The notes below the pieces were generated by a model, which had not been told where the DNA came from, ran no database searches, and worked only from the letters and a program-made list of their open reading frames with translations. Shown piece after piece: positions 51,471 through 63,637 of a stretch of DNA of 64,000 bases (positions within the stretch are counted from its first letter, which is position 1; every line of letters begins with the position of its first letter). The DNA comes from Saccostrea echinata (lineage: Eukaryota), in contig NW_026889774.1 of assembly GCF_033153115.1 (NCBI RefSeq), positions 23,126,001 to 23,190,000 on the forward strand. The letters run 5' to 3'. Made by a program: the position numbers and the translations under genes.

Positions 51471-54393
51471 CACGTGGGTGAATTAAAAAATAATGACTAG
51501 CTATAGCAAATTGAATTTTTTTGAAAAAATTCAACTTGCCATAACATACAATATATTTTTCAATTATAACATCATTTTGATTAAACATTCTAGTGAAAAT
51601 TTCTGAAGTTAAAAAAAAATTGACAAATGCATAAAAAAAGTTTCAGAACGTCATTTGAAAAAAAGAAAATATGACTACATTCTAAAAGATTTTCTGAAAT
51701 ACATAATCAAAAGAAATTGTAGCTTTTTTTTTTAATCTTTCAGACCTGTTTCAGGGATATAAATGATTAAATCTAAACCTTGATTAGGTTTCTCCTCTCG
51801 TATATGTGAAAAAAATTGGCTTTTAATTTGCTTTTTAACATTGTCTCTATTATAGTCTAAAAAGTTTTGATATGAAAAAATAATGATGTAATAAATTCTC
51901 CAAAAATTTACTTTTTTGACAATTTAGTCAATTCTTCAAATCTAAGCCAATACCGAAGCCTGATATAGTAAGTTTTCATATAAAAAAAAAGACTAGATTT
52001 TAAAGTGATCCTATTTGACCTTATTTTGTTGCACTCCTGACATCTGGTATGTTTTTTTTAACAACCATAGTTTAAAAATTTTTAACATGCAGCATCTCAT
52101 TCTAATTATGTAAGGCAGTTCGTTTTTGATATTTTATATCACTAATTTCCTAACTTAATTATCCAAAATGTATGTCATGAATTTACATGTATGCAACTTA
52201 ACGCGTGGATAGCATGATTATTTGAATTCGAAACCTAATTTTCCAAAATGTATGATTTCCCCGTCAATAGATAAATCGGTCTGTACATGCAGCCAGTTTT
52301 TATTTTAGTAAGAAAAGAAAAAAAATGCCAAGAAATATTTTTTAAAGCTCATTATGAAATAAATTGGGGGGGGGGGGATTAATCTCACACTATCCACACG
52401 TCAAGCGCCTGTGAAACTGTTAAACAGTTAGATACTGCTTATTCGATTATTGTTTGCTCTGGCTATCCTTAAAAGTTTAAAATGTAAGCGAATTGTGTTA
52501 CTAATTATCGAAGTGTCAGAACAATTGTCACAGTTATGGTTTCTTCCAGGCGTTTGAGCAATCTTAAAATAACAAAAAATAATTTGTACATGGTACAAGG
52601 TCAAGTCCAATTAATAATTTTACAAACAAAGCCTAGTGAATTGGTGAGTAATTAAGTACAAAAACAACACGGACAGTTACTGATAAATAATTCCCGCAGT
52701 ACGCGGCAGTAGTGAAGCACTTATAAATACTGTACTAACTTTTTATATGTACATGGAAAATCAACCGTGTTTTGTTGAGGAAAATTATCTTATTGACTAT
52801 CTCTGAGGAAAGAAGGTTTCTCAATTTTGTGATGAGAATTCCATCACTCTTTTATTGCATTTATTTAATTGTGATAATATTCGAATGTCGTTTCATTATT
52901 CGATCGTCGGTCCATTCAACTGATAGTCGAATAGTCGACTATTCGTTGACATCCCTACTTAAAATATATTACAATGTAGGAAGAGGAAAATACATTTTTA
53001 GGACATTTTATTTCATGGGACACTGGTAGCAATTGAGGTCAACCAGAAACATTCTACTCATCAATTTTTGTCTATATTTATTCAAATGTAATCACTGATA
53101 ATTCTAACATTTTTGTTGCACTCCTGACCAAGAGCACGTGAGACTTAAAGTAGAATTGTGAAGCATAAATTGCATCAGATCATGGTTCCATTATTTCAGT
53201 TTAGACTTGGTGCAGTTATCTGAATTTTATCACAATTTCTCAGTGTTGTTTATAAAATTTCTTTAAAAATTAAAAGAAAAGATAAAAACACATCTGCATT
53301 GATAAAAATGAAAATGGGACAGATTTCTATCATAAAACTAATTAATTTAGTACTAAATTATTAAAATGGATGCCAATTGATCAAATTATATTTAGTGGTA
53401 TGAAAAGGAGTCTGTTCATCATTGAACTTAAATCTTTATAAAAATGCGTTGCACTCCTGACCGTGAAAATATGAATCTGAAACACAGACATATCCTGTAA
53501 ATGATTGATTTATTTGATAAGAATGTTCCTTTTGTCTTTATTTTCCAAAAAAACCAAAGCAATACATTATACACTGATTAAAGTTTTTCCAAGTTGGACA
53601 GCAAAACATCAGATGTTGCACTCCTAACATAAATGGGCATCCACATATATTTGACTCTCATTAATGCTGCTTGTGATTCATATAACATTTTAAGCCTTTA
53701 AATGGTCTATCGATTATTATTTTCAAAATTTCTTTTTTGACTTAACTGTCTTGCAGATTTTTAAATTCAGTATGTTTTGGCATCGTTACATTTTATCTGG
53801 TGCACTCCTGACATGGTATAACAATTTTTTCAGCATCAGTCGTGATCATAACTTGGTCAAGCAAAAGTTAATACAGTCTAAATTTAAAGCTCAATATATT
53901 AAATTTTATCAGGAAACTTTTTATTTCCAAGATAAACCATTATTATAAACCTTTATTTATTTAGCAAAATCTTCAAAAAATATGGAATTTTTAAGATGTC
54001 ACAAGAAGGTATTGCACTCCTGACATTTTTAGCACATTTTTTGGGCATAATTTTTTGTTTCTTAAGATATTAATGAGATATTTTGCAGGTATTTACTGTA
54101 TACATGGTTATTTTCGCCCCGTGTTATTTTCGCTCTTTCACACTTGTAAACAATTTTGCCCCGTTTTAGATTCGCCCAGTTACACTTCTGTATAAGAAAT
54201 TATACTGTGTTCTTTGAATTTGCCCCGTTTTAAATTCGCCCACCTGTGATAAAACGGGGACGAAATTTTCCCTGTATATAGTAGTCTGTAACAAAGGACA
54301 CATGCTGATCTATAGAAATTTATTCATCTAACCTGAATTTTTTGTGCAGGTTGATAATTATGTGTCTAGTCATTTTTTTAATTCACCCATGTG
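51471..54393. mobile_element. 2.9-kb non-autonomous TIR DNA transposon with repeated TGCACTCCTGAC motifs
   Basis: CACGTGGGTGAATTAAAAAATAATGACTAG ... CTAGTCATTTTTTTAATTCACCCATGTG; motif at ~52030, 53117, 53450, 53617, 53801 and 54013. Confidence 0.75.
54094..54284. mobile_element. Small Tc1/mariner-type MITE nested in the 2.9-kb element
   Basis: TACTGTATACATGGTTATTTTCGCCCCG ... CGGGGACGAAATTTTCCCTGTATATAGTA. Confidence 0.65.
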
Positions 54394-54627
54394 TATACAC
54401 CATACTAAAGGGCAAAAAGTAACTGTGCAAATATTCAACTAATGAACTTCCAACAAATACAGTCAAGATTATTATGTATCTTTGATAATGCCTGTATATT
54501 TGAAACCTATGTCTACCACTTAGAATGCATGTCTATAACATTTTGATTTGAGAACAGTAGAGAACAGAGGTGCCTTTGACTTAAGAAGATTTACAAAGTC
54601 TATGACGGATGTGATCGATGTATTACT

Positions 54628-55130
54628 AGAGGAAAAGGATGAAGATAATGAACAGTGATTAATTTCATAAATCTGTATACCAATCCTGAACAGGGCAAAA
54701 AACACAGATCCACCGGAAACACAAGAAATGGAATCATGTGCCTAGAAGGAGTAAGCATCCCCTATAGATCGGTCACACTTCCAGTGAGCCCTCTGTATTG
54801 ATAAGGTTCTCCATAGTCAAAATAAGCCTTAAAACAATGGCCTAACATTTGGTATGGAACATGTCAGTCCAAATACGACTCACGGATAGATTATATTTGC
54901 TAACAAGGTTATTATTTTGACCATAGAATTTGCGATATGTCGACTTTCATCGAGATTTAGAAAGCCCTATAATTTATTTTTCATTAGCTTGCCTCGATTT
55001 AAAAAATAGAACTTGCTCTTGCTTAAGAATACAAAAAATGTAATACATATAAATGGGTTGGCTAATAAAGGGATTTTAATGCAAATCGATATTCTAACAG
55101 ATTGTTGGAAGACTGGTCTCTAAAAGTTAG
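54628..55130 (-). mobile_element. Penelope-like retroelement 3' fragment
   Basis: GGAATCATGTGCCTAGAAGGAGTAAGCATCCCCT motif plus decayed RT C-terminal sequence. Confidence 0.6.
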
Positions 55131-55669
55131 CATATATCAAGGCATTGATGTCTAAGGAGTTCATACAAGAAAACACGTGCAATATGTGGTCTTCCGTCGT
55201 CTTGATGAAATGTGGTTTGTTGTCAATCAATGACGACTTTCGATGAGGATAAAGGGATGTTGTTGAACAATTTCGTTCCTGTACCAGATTCAACCTAGAT
55301 TTCCATTATCATCAAATATGATTTGTGTGTACAGTAAAGCCTTTCAGAACTTAAATCAAAAGACTGACGTGGTAAAAGCAGACTTTTTTTTTAAGTTTTC
55401 TCCAACTCTACAGTACAGACTTTAAACGGTTGCCTCTGCTCTTAGATAGAAATGCTATTCATTGATGAATTTTGGTTTAATCTTGCATTGGAAAAAGCAA
55501 AGGATGCCTACCCTGCGCCTTGCCCGCCTTGATCACACTCTCTGCATCAGCACGGGCGAGTCGCTGGGCACTGCGGGCTGAAGTCCCCGTAATCTGTACC
55601 TAACGGTTCTGGAATTTTTTACTTTCAGTCCAAGGATTTTTGAATGCACTTTTACGTCTCTTGCAAAAT

Positions 55670-55935
55670 TAATTCACTCATATAAGATGTCACCAGATAC
55701 CGATGAAGGGCCTAAATTTGAATCTTTACTAGACACTCATGGTCAATGACCAGTGAGAGTTCTTTAGTGTGCACACGACTGTCGTAACACGGGTCCTTGG
55801 TTTTTAAGGTCTCATCCGAATGACCCGCAACTTTAAAGTGCCGAGCACTAGACCAAGGAACAGTTCCTACCTATTTTATTTTAATTAAGATTCGTCGCGG
55901 CCATGACTTGAACCCACGACTCTTGAGAGCTCTAA
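55670..55935 (-). mobile_element. Second copy of the Nin/Deu-like SINE
   Basis: ACACGGGTCCTTGGTTTTTAAGGTCTCATCCGAA...CTTGAACCCACGAC is the reverse complement of the 50.7-kb SINE core and head. Confidence 0.75.
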
Positions 55936-56407
55936 ATGACCTTCCGTTACATAGGTAATAATAGGTATCCTGGAATGTGATACTGTTCAACTTGAAGACT
56001 GACATTCAATATGGTGTGAAGTCATTAGGACCGCATCTCCAGAGAGATTGTATAGTATTCCAATGCACTCCAAGACCGAGCATCTTCATTCAGACGAGAA
56101 AACTTATTTAGTGAATAATTAATCAAGTATTCCTCATGCAATTTCATCGAGTAGCATTCAAAATTTATACACCACTGAAAAAAATATGTTGTTTCCAAAA
56201 ATTTGAATTCATCGTTTCAAATTGACATCTATCTTTAAAATGTGTTGCACAATTCATTTTTTCCTATGAGTTTTGGTGCTTTCTTATTAATTTGAGAAGT
56301 TTAATATATTACAAGAGAATTCAGGGAAAAAGTTATGTTATTTAATGATGAAAGAAAAACAATCTACACATTGAAATGTTGTCACTAAATGGCTTTTGTT
56401 CAGACAA

Positions 56408-56686
56408 AACAAGATGTGTTTGTGAAACACTATGCACCCGGCGGCAACAAAGTTCGAAAAAGCTATTTTTAGCATATAGATCACAGTCTAGGTCACAAGG
56501 TCATTAACCTTGGTGTCATTTGAAAGAACTTAATTAGTTGAGTTTGCATACCAAATATGAAGTCTCTATCTCTCATGGTTCAAAAGTTGTGGTGAAGGTT
56601 AAAGTTGACAACAGACACACAAACAGACAGACAGACAGGACAAAAACAATATGCGCCCCCGATCTATCGATCCGGGCGCATAAAAA
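56408..56686 (+). mobile_element. Complete short Helentron/HINE element
   Basis: Starts AACAAGATGTGTTTGTGAAACAC, (GACA)n microsatellite, terminal hairpin ATGCGCCC...GGGCGCAT, ends in an A-run. Confidence 0.8.
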
Positions 56687-58086
56687 TGCTTGCAAAAACA
56701 TTTTCACTTTTTATAATTTCAGAAAATGTTAACAGGTAGAAAACTTTCAATGATTTTAATTTCAATTTTTAACTCTCTTTTTTTTTCTAAACAGGAAATT
56801 CTTCTTTCTGTGAATGTGGAACGGTAGAAGAGGAGTTTTGGAATATGAATTAGTCTTCGAATAATTAGATGGTAATCGGAAATAAATGTGATAATTTACA
56901 TTTATATAATTCTTTTCACTTGGGAATTCAAAACATTATCTTCCGGCACGAGAGCAACATAAAAATATACTTCTGGAACATCGTGACCAAAGGTCGCGGC
57001 CTTTTAGTATATATGGAAATTCCAGTATAAAATGTAAACAAAAGTTAATATAAAATTTCCTTGATAAACAAAAACAGGTCCTCGGCTTAGTCATATATGA
57101 ATGATATTTGTCGACGACAGCTGCTATTTTGCTCATTGACTATCGCAAATTTTACCTATGACTGCTCACTACATGCGGACATACATGTGTATATCCATTT
57201 TTGACGAAGTTGATTAGAGTCCAATTTTCCCCTAGTGGTTATAAAACCTAAACTGCATCAAGATAGATGTGTTAATTAAGAACCATTTTCATATTTTCTT
57301 TTGTGAATCAAAAATTATTTAAAATTTTATGACTTTACATTAGCTAAGGTAAAATAACAATTATCACTAATTTAAAAGCAAAACAAAACAAAACTTTTTT
57401 TTAAATGTCTGTTTGTGTTTTATTATTATTTTTGTCCATTTTTATTGTAAACCATAATTATTATGAATTACGTAATGTAGATATGGTATCTGTTATCAAT
57501 TCTAAGGGGAAAATAAACAACTTGTAATATGCATTTTGTACAACTTCAAGCTTAAAATTCTTAAACTCTAAATGGCTCATATAAAAGTTACGCGGTAGGA
57601 CTAGTATTGAAATGTCAAATGCGCAAAAAAAAAAGAAGTCAAAGACAACTTAAACAGTTTGAATTAAACAACAGTAATACATGTATACATAAATTACTAT
57701 AATTTTCAATCCTTTTTAATTCATTGTCATAAATGCATATACTGAACAAGTTGTGTTTTAACACCTATCATGTTTTCTCGTTTAAATTAAATCCATATTA
57801 GTTAAAAATACAGAAGCCATTATCATTTAACCGCTACTAGAACGGATCAACTTTTTAGTTGAATTAAGCTGTTTTGTGTTTTCTTTAAGAATCAATACTC
57901 GAAAACCATCGAAAGATTGCAGGGAGACTCGGGTACTCCTTATGCGCGTAAACTTTTCTTTGCAATGGCAACTTTCTTTTTGTTTTTCAGGAATGTATTT
58001 CTAGAATTTACACTAATCTAGCAATCAAAACTTTACCTTACTTCACTCAGTTTTAATAAATATCTTGATTAGGAGGTTGTTTTTTT

Positions 58087-58464
58087 CCCTAACAAAAAAA
58101 CTATAGTTAACTATAGTTTACTATAGTATCAACGTTTTTACTGTAGTAAATCAAAGATTTTACTATAGTAAATCAAAGGCTTAACTATAGTAAATCAAAG
58201 TTTTTACTATGGATTTCAGATTGTTTATGTTATGTTCTCTTATTTTACATGCATATTTTTATATTAAGTAAAAAAAAAAATTACTTGCATATTAAAATAC
58301 TATTTTCATATTTTACATCATTGGTATTGAATTTAAGAGATATGACGCTTCAAAATCTTTTAAAAAGTTCTACAATAAAGTTTCATAGTAAATCAACGTT
58401 TCAAAGTATTTACTATAATTAACTATAGTAAACTATAGTTAACTGTAGTATTTTTTTGTTATGG
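58087..58464. mobile_element. MITE with ACTATAGT subterminal repeats
   Basis: TAACAAAAAAACTATAGTTAACTATAGTTTACTATAG ... CTATAGTAAACTATAGTTAACTGTAGTATTTTTTTGTTA. Confidence 0.7.
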
Positions 58465-58591
58465 TCTGTATATGAAAATAAAAAAAGTTAGGAATGCATT
58501 TTATAAGTGACTAGTAATCAATGACTCGTATTTACACCTTTTAAGTAAATTATTTTGTGCGCTACAATTACTTGGGAAAAAATATGAAGTT

Positions 58592-61500
58592 CTAATGTCT
58601 GTAAATCTTAGCACACATGCTCATTTCCTCTGGTGAATGGGGTAACCTTGTTTTCACGTCTGAAATTAAAAATAGGTATATAATAGAAAACTTCAATAAA
58701 AATACCTTCTAACCAACAAAATGCCTAGTGTATTTATTTTAAAGTAAATAGTATCTTTCCTTTATTTTAAAAAATACTGTAGTCTCGCAACCTAGTTCGT
58801 GAATATGATTGCCACCTTTAATATCAAATTTATGAATGTTTTACTCTGGGAGATTTTTAAAATATCTAATTGATTTGAGATACATATAATTTAATGTGTC
58901 AAGCTTTAAAATTATTCATCATTACTTTTTTTTATTTTTAACAGGTTATCAGGAAATTACTTTTGTAAGATATGATGAATCCCCTGCCAGATTTTGACCT
59001 GTCTCTGACTGTGAACAAAATAGTCAATTGTCCACCATAGAGCCAAACGCCTTTTTCTGCAGAAGACTGTCTTAAGGTGCACGTGACGTTGCCCCGCACA
59101 TGCGTGATGCTAAATTTATCATGTGAGAAATCTACATCAAGGTCATGAATACGGAGGTACAGGCTCCCTTCTCGATGAATCTGATTCATATATCAAAATA
59201 CATTTATAAAAGCAACAAATTGTATATTCATGATACATTTTTAGCCATATGTGTTCTAATTTCTATAAACTGCCGAGATACTTGTGATTGTCAATCAATA
59301 AACTTCAAATTTGTTAAGCATGATTGTCAATTCCAAATTCGCATGACAAATTGTTATGCTTAGACTCAAAAGAAGCCAATTTAGTTTTTAATTATTCTTA
59401 TCTGATTAAAACGTCAACAGATGAGTATTCCTCCCTAGACTGCATCTTTAGGACTGTTAATTCAAGAATAAACTAGAAGAAAAAAAACTCTGTAACAGTA
59501 GTTCTCTGTAAGCACATACCTTGATGAGCGTTTTACAGGTCTGTTGTTTGGGTCTATAATTCCAGGGATAATCGTCATGACTTCTAAGAATACCATTTCT
59601 GCCATTTACTTCACGTTTGCCACAAATATCATGGATTTTCTCTAAAAGTTGTGAAGTAATTAGTAACTTCTTTCAAAATTTTATGTTAATTTGAAATGGA
59701 AAAATAAACAGTTTTTGGATTGCATTACATCATGCAACTAGTGCTTCTAAGTAGCATTTAGCTTGTTTCATTTATTGTTACATCCATTATGTTTTATATT
59801 CTCATAATCAACCTGTATATTGTATTAGAAATTCATAATTTTTAAATACTAACAGTGTCTAGTTGAACGTTGGATAACCTTGGTATTCCAGAAAATCAAG
59901 TACATGTAACATGAAAAGGTATGAGTTATCTTTCTAAACGAAATATGAAGAAAACGAAAAGTAATCAAGCTCAAAGTTCCAGTGGAACAATACAATTTTG
60001 GAGCAGAGCAAACACGGATCTCTAAAAATATAGAGGTGGGATCAGGTACCATGGAGGAGTAAGCATCCCCTGTCGACCGGTCACAACCGCCCTGTGCTCT
60101 TGCCATGATCGGACAAACGGACATAACCGTTGACTATTCAGTATGAAAATAATGGCATAACAATTAGTATGAAAAACGTCAGTCAACACTCAAGTAAATG
60201 ATAGACTGCATTTGCAAATATGTAACATGCATGCTGGTCATTGTATAGACCATCGAATTTGCGAAATGTTGACTTAAAACGGGGTTTTTGATATCCTTGT
60301 ATCATCAATTTATTTTTTAGTAGCTTGTCTCGTTTTAGAAATCGTTCGTAAGTAGAGCATGCTCTTGCGTATCGAATCAACTGGGAGGCATAAACTCCAT
60401 ATGCAAGTGATAATGGTGTATTGCTACATAAATAAGGGTAATTGATAATAGAAAAGTTGAAGTCATTACGCTTAACATAAAGATTGTTGGAAGATTGATC
60501 TCCAAAAACTACATAGATATTGTCAATTAGAAACTCAAGCATCTTATTATCATCAACCCCGGAGTACTTGTGTGTACAATCGGAATGTTTTAACAAAATA
60601 ATTTTGCAAATGAACAATGACAAGGTATGCAAATTTACGATTTCCATTTTGATTGAAAAAGCAACTGTGTTGCTGTCTATGTTGTTAAAAAGCCTGTAGC
60701 CCTTTTCACAAAAAAAAAATCTTACAATTAATTTTCATCGTAAGAGATATTTTACGATTTTATTCCTTTTCTCAAAAATTCTTACGAGATTCTTAAGTGT
60801 AAAAATTTGTCGTAACTTTACGAGAGCTCTAACCCTCTCGTTATATCTTAGGGCCAATTTTAATTTAAAAATATACTAGTAACAGATAAAACCCATATAA
60901 ACGTTTAAAGAGCTGTCTTACGCATCCTTTAATAGCATTTTATATTATTTCACAATTATTGCCGAAAAATTAAATGAAATACACTGCAAAATATTTACGA
61001 TAGCAGTTTCTCTTAAAATTTTCATATGACCAACTTCTACGTCAGACTTTCGATTGTGAAGTCAGATTTCAAACTTCCTTGCTTCACAATCCATTGCACT
61101 CGATTTTTGTTAAGCATTATGTTTGGTTCACTTACAAGTTGGGAAAACTTTGCTTCATTTTTATTCTCATCCACTTTTTTTAAGGATCATAAAGCACATT
61201 GAGATCCTTGTTAGGGGAGAAGTCTGTCGTAAGTAAAATCTTAAGTTCAATCTGCTACGAATGCGTTCGTGAAAAGCACCTTAGATTTATCGTAAGAGAT
61301 TTTTTCACTTAAAATCTTACGCAAAAACTTTTTTTTGAAAAGGGCTACTGGACTTTAATTTATCGTGGGGAAAGGTATATAAAGTGTTGAAAAGTTGAAT
61401 CTGTTTACCTACTTTTCGGAATACACTCGTGTCCCTTTGTAATAAAAAGTGGTGCTTGTTTTCCTGTACATCCTACGCCATTGGAAATAGCAAATATTTG

Positions 61501-61712
61501 GGGTGCATCCCAGCTGACAGTGCAGGACCTCTTCCAGAAACAGTTATTCTTTTGCACCAACAGTTGTGGGGAGATTCCTTTGCATAATCGAGTCGACCTT
61601 TTTGACAGTCGAAGGTTAGACATATGGATGTCAAGAGAATAAATAAGAGAATTCTTTGGACAAGAAAAACGGTAGATTTTTTTCTGCCATCCAACACGAT
61701 CTCGGACTATTC
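58592..61712 (-). CDS. Gene F: SUEL-like/CUB-like paralog, 5'-partial; exons 61712-61413, 59641-59520, 59180-58961, 58659-58592
   Basis: IVRDRVGWQKKIYRFSCPKNSLIYSLDIHM...LCKGISPQLL..NNCFWKRSC...GC...HECIPK|KKIHDICGKR...GILRSHDDYPWNYRPKQQTCKTLIK|IHREGSLYLRIHDLDVD...RGFIISYK|NVKTRLPHSPEEMSMCAKIYRH*. Signal-peptide exon not found in the window. Confidence 0.82.
59937..60650 (-). mobile_element. Penelope-like retroelement relic in a gene F intron
   Basis: MLEFLIDNIYVVFG..., KRNDFNFSIINYPYLCSNTPLSLAYGVYASQLIRYARACS...QGY; internally deleted RT plus 3' motif. Confidence 0.85.
60693..61351. mobile_element. TIR MITE with CTTACGA subterminal repeats
   Basis: CCTGTAGCCCTTTTCACAAAAAAA ... TTTTTTTGAAAAGGGCTACTGG. 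Confidence 0.7.
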
Positions 61713-61888
61713 CTGTAGCCAGAAAAAGATATGTATTACTGACCGTAAAAGGATATCTTCTAACGCCACTTCAAATAATCCTTGAAAAAACTGAGTGACC
61801 ATCAATGAATGACTATTTTATCATTCATTCACTGAAATCGACTATTTTAAAATTTTGTGTTCATTGTGTTCAGTTTTGTTAAAAAGTT

Positions 61889-63637
61889 AACAAGAGGCCT
61901 TAACGGGTCACCTGAGTATAATACAACCCTGTAAAGGATTCATAGAATGGTAAATAATTGTATAATAACAGAAAATAAACTAAAACTCAAAAACAAGAAA
62001 AATAATTTTGATCACAGATCAACAAAATAATTAGTCTGGTAATCAGCAACACCTATGAAAAATGCCTGTATATGCCAGTGCTATCTACAATCCGTCGTTA
62101 TCACCAAACATAACAAGACAGTACAGTAATTGCTTTAGCATGAGAGCAAGAGAGCACCCAGCCTAATTCTCTTACTATAATGGCCTCTTATGATCTTTGA
62201 ATAATTAATGTACATATACATGTATAGGTATTTTGTCTCATTTTCAATCATCTATTATTTACAACTCTACCTGACTAATAAAAACTTTAGTTCTTTTTAT
62301 ACTTTATATTTAAAAAAAAATCTTTCTAATTCTTTTTTTTCAATTTACCTATCACTTAAATCATTTACACTAATCAATTATCATAAGTGGATAACAAATA
62401 GGAATAACTTCTCTTAAAGCAGTGAAAATATTCCCATACATGATCATAATAGAGCCCCACCCTAGCTCCGGAAACACTGTCTCAGGGGTCATGAATTTCC
62501 TTATTTTGGAAGAAGCATTTTACCTCATCAAAACAATGCACTTAGTTTCTCTTCTGAATACTAAAGAGCAAAAAGGAAGGTTTTTGAAGAATTAATGCAT
62601 TTTCACTATATGATAAAAAGTCCCGTCCTAAATCCAAAATCCCTGTGGGAGGGGCCATGAATTTCACAATTTTGGAATAGATACCCTTGCTTAACATAAT
62701 CATGCAATGAGTTTGTCTGCTAAATGCCCAAAACACAGATTTTCAAAGAATTAATGCATTCTCACCATATGATCAATAGAGCCCCGCCCCAACTCCAGAA
62801 CCCCTGTCATAGGGAACATTCATTTCACAATTATGGAAAAGGCATTTTTGCTTATCATAATGCACTTAGTATGTCTACTAAATACCCGGTAGCAGAGAAG
62901 AATATTTTCAAAGAGTTAATGCGCTTAAAAAAATGATCAATAGAGGCCCTGACCAAGGGGCCACGAATTTCAAAAAAATTGGAACTAGCACTCTTGCTCT
63001 TCATAACCATGCACTTGGTTTGTATTGGAATACTCGGGGGCAGACGAGAAGATCTCCGAATAATTATTGTATGTTCACTATATGACCAATAGAGTCCCGC
63101 CTTAACACCAGAACCCCTGACCCAGGGGCTCCTTATTTCACGATTTCTGAAGAGGCACTCTTGTTCATCATATATATGCATTTAGTTTGTCTGCCAAGTA
63201 TACAGCTGCAGGAGGGAAGAGAAGCTTTTTAAAGAATTTTAATGCATTTTCACTATATTATGTATATAGCGCCGACCTAAAACCGAAACCCCTGACCCTG
63301 AGGCCATGAATTTCACAATTTTATTAGAGGGCTCAATACTTATTCCAATAATAACAACTCTTTGACTGCTTAATGTCCAGGAGGGAAGTTATTTTATGAT
63401 TGCATTATTTTTATGGTTTTTGGATCACCCCTCAGATCCCAGGGGGCAGGGACCATAAAATTCACAATTTCCTCCCTTCTCCCATAGATGCACAATGTCA
63501 AAATTGGTTGAAACTGGTTTAGCAGTTCTATAGAAGAAGCTGAAAATGTTCGAATGTTAACTGACGTCGAACGATGCACGACGACGGACGAAAATAGATA
63601 GCAATAGGTCACCTAAGTTGATCTAAAAGTGGCTAAA
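61889..63637 (+). mobile_element. Helentron/HINE element carrying ~165-bp satellite-like repeats (~62430-63400)
   Basis: AACAAGAGGCC...GGTCACCTGAGT start; ~6 diverged units (ATAGAGCCCC...AACCCCTG...CATGAATTTCACAATTTT); GACGACGGACG and ATAGCAATAGGTCACCT near the 3' end. Confidence 0.75.

Noticed and set aside
62542-63612. Several short ORFs
   Set aside because: They fall in the satellite units of a Helentron/HINE element; none looks like the missing signal-peptide exon of gene F.
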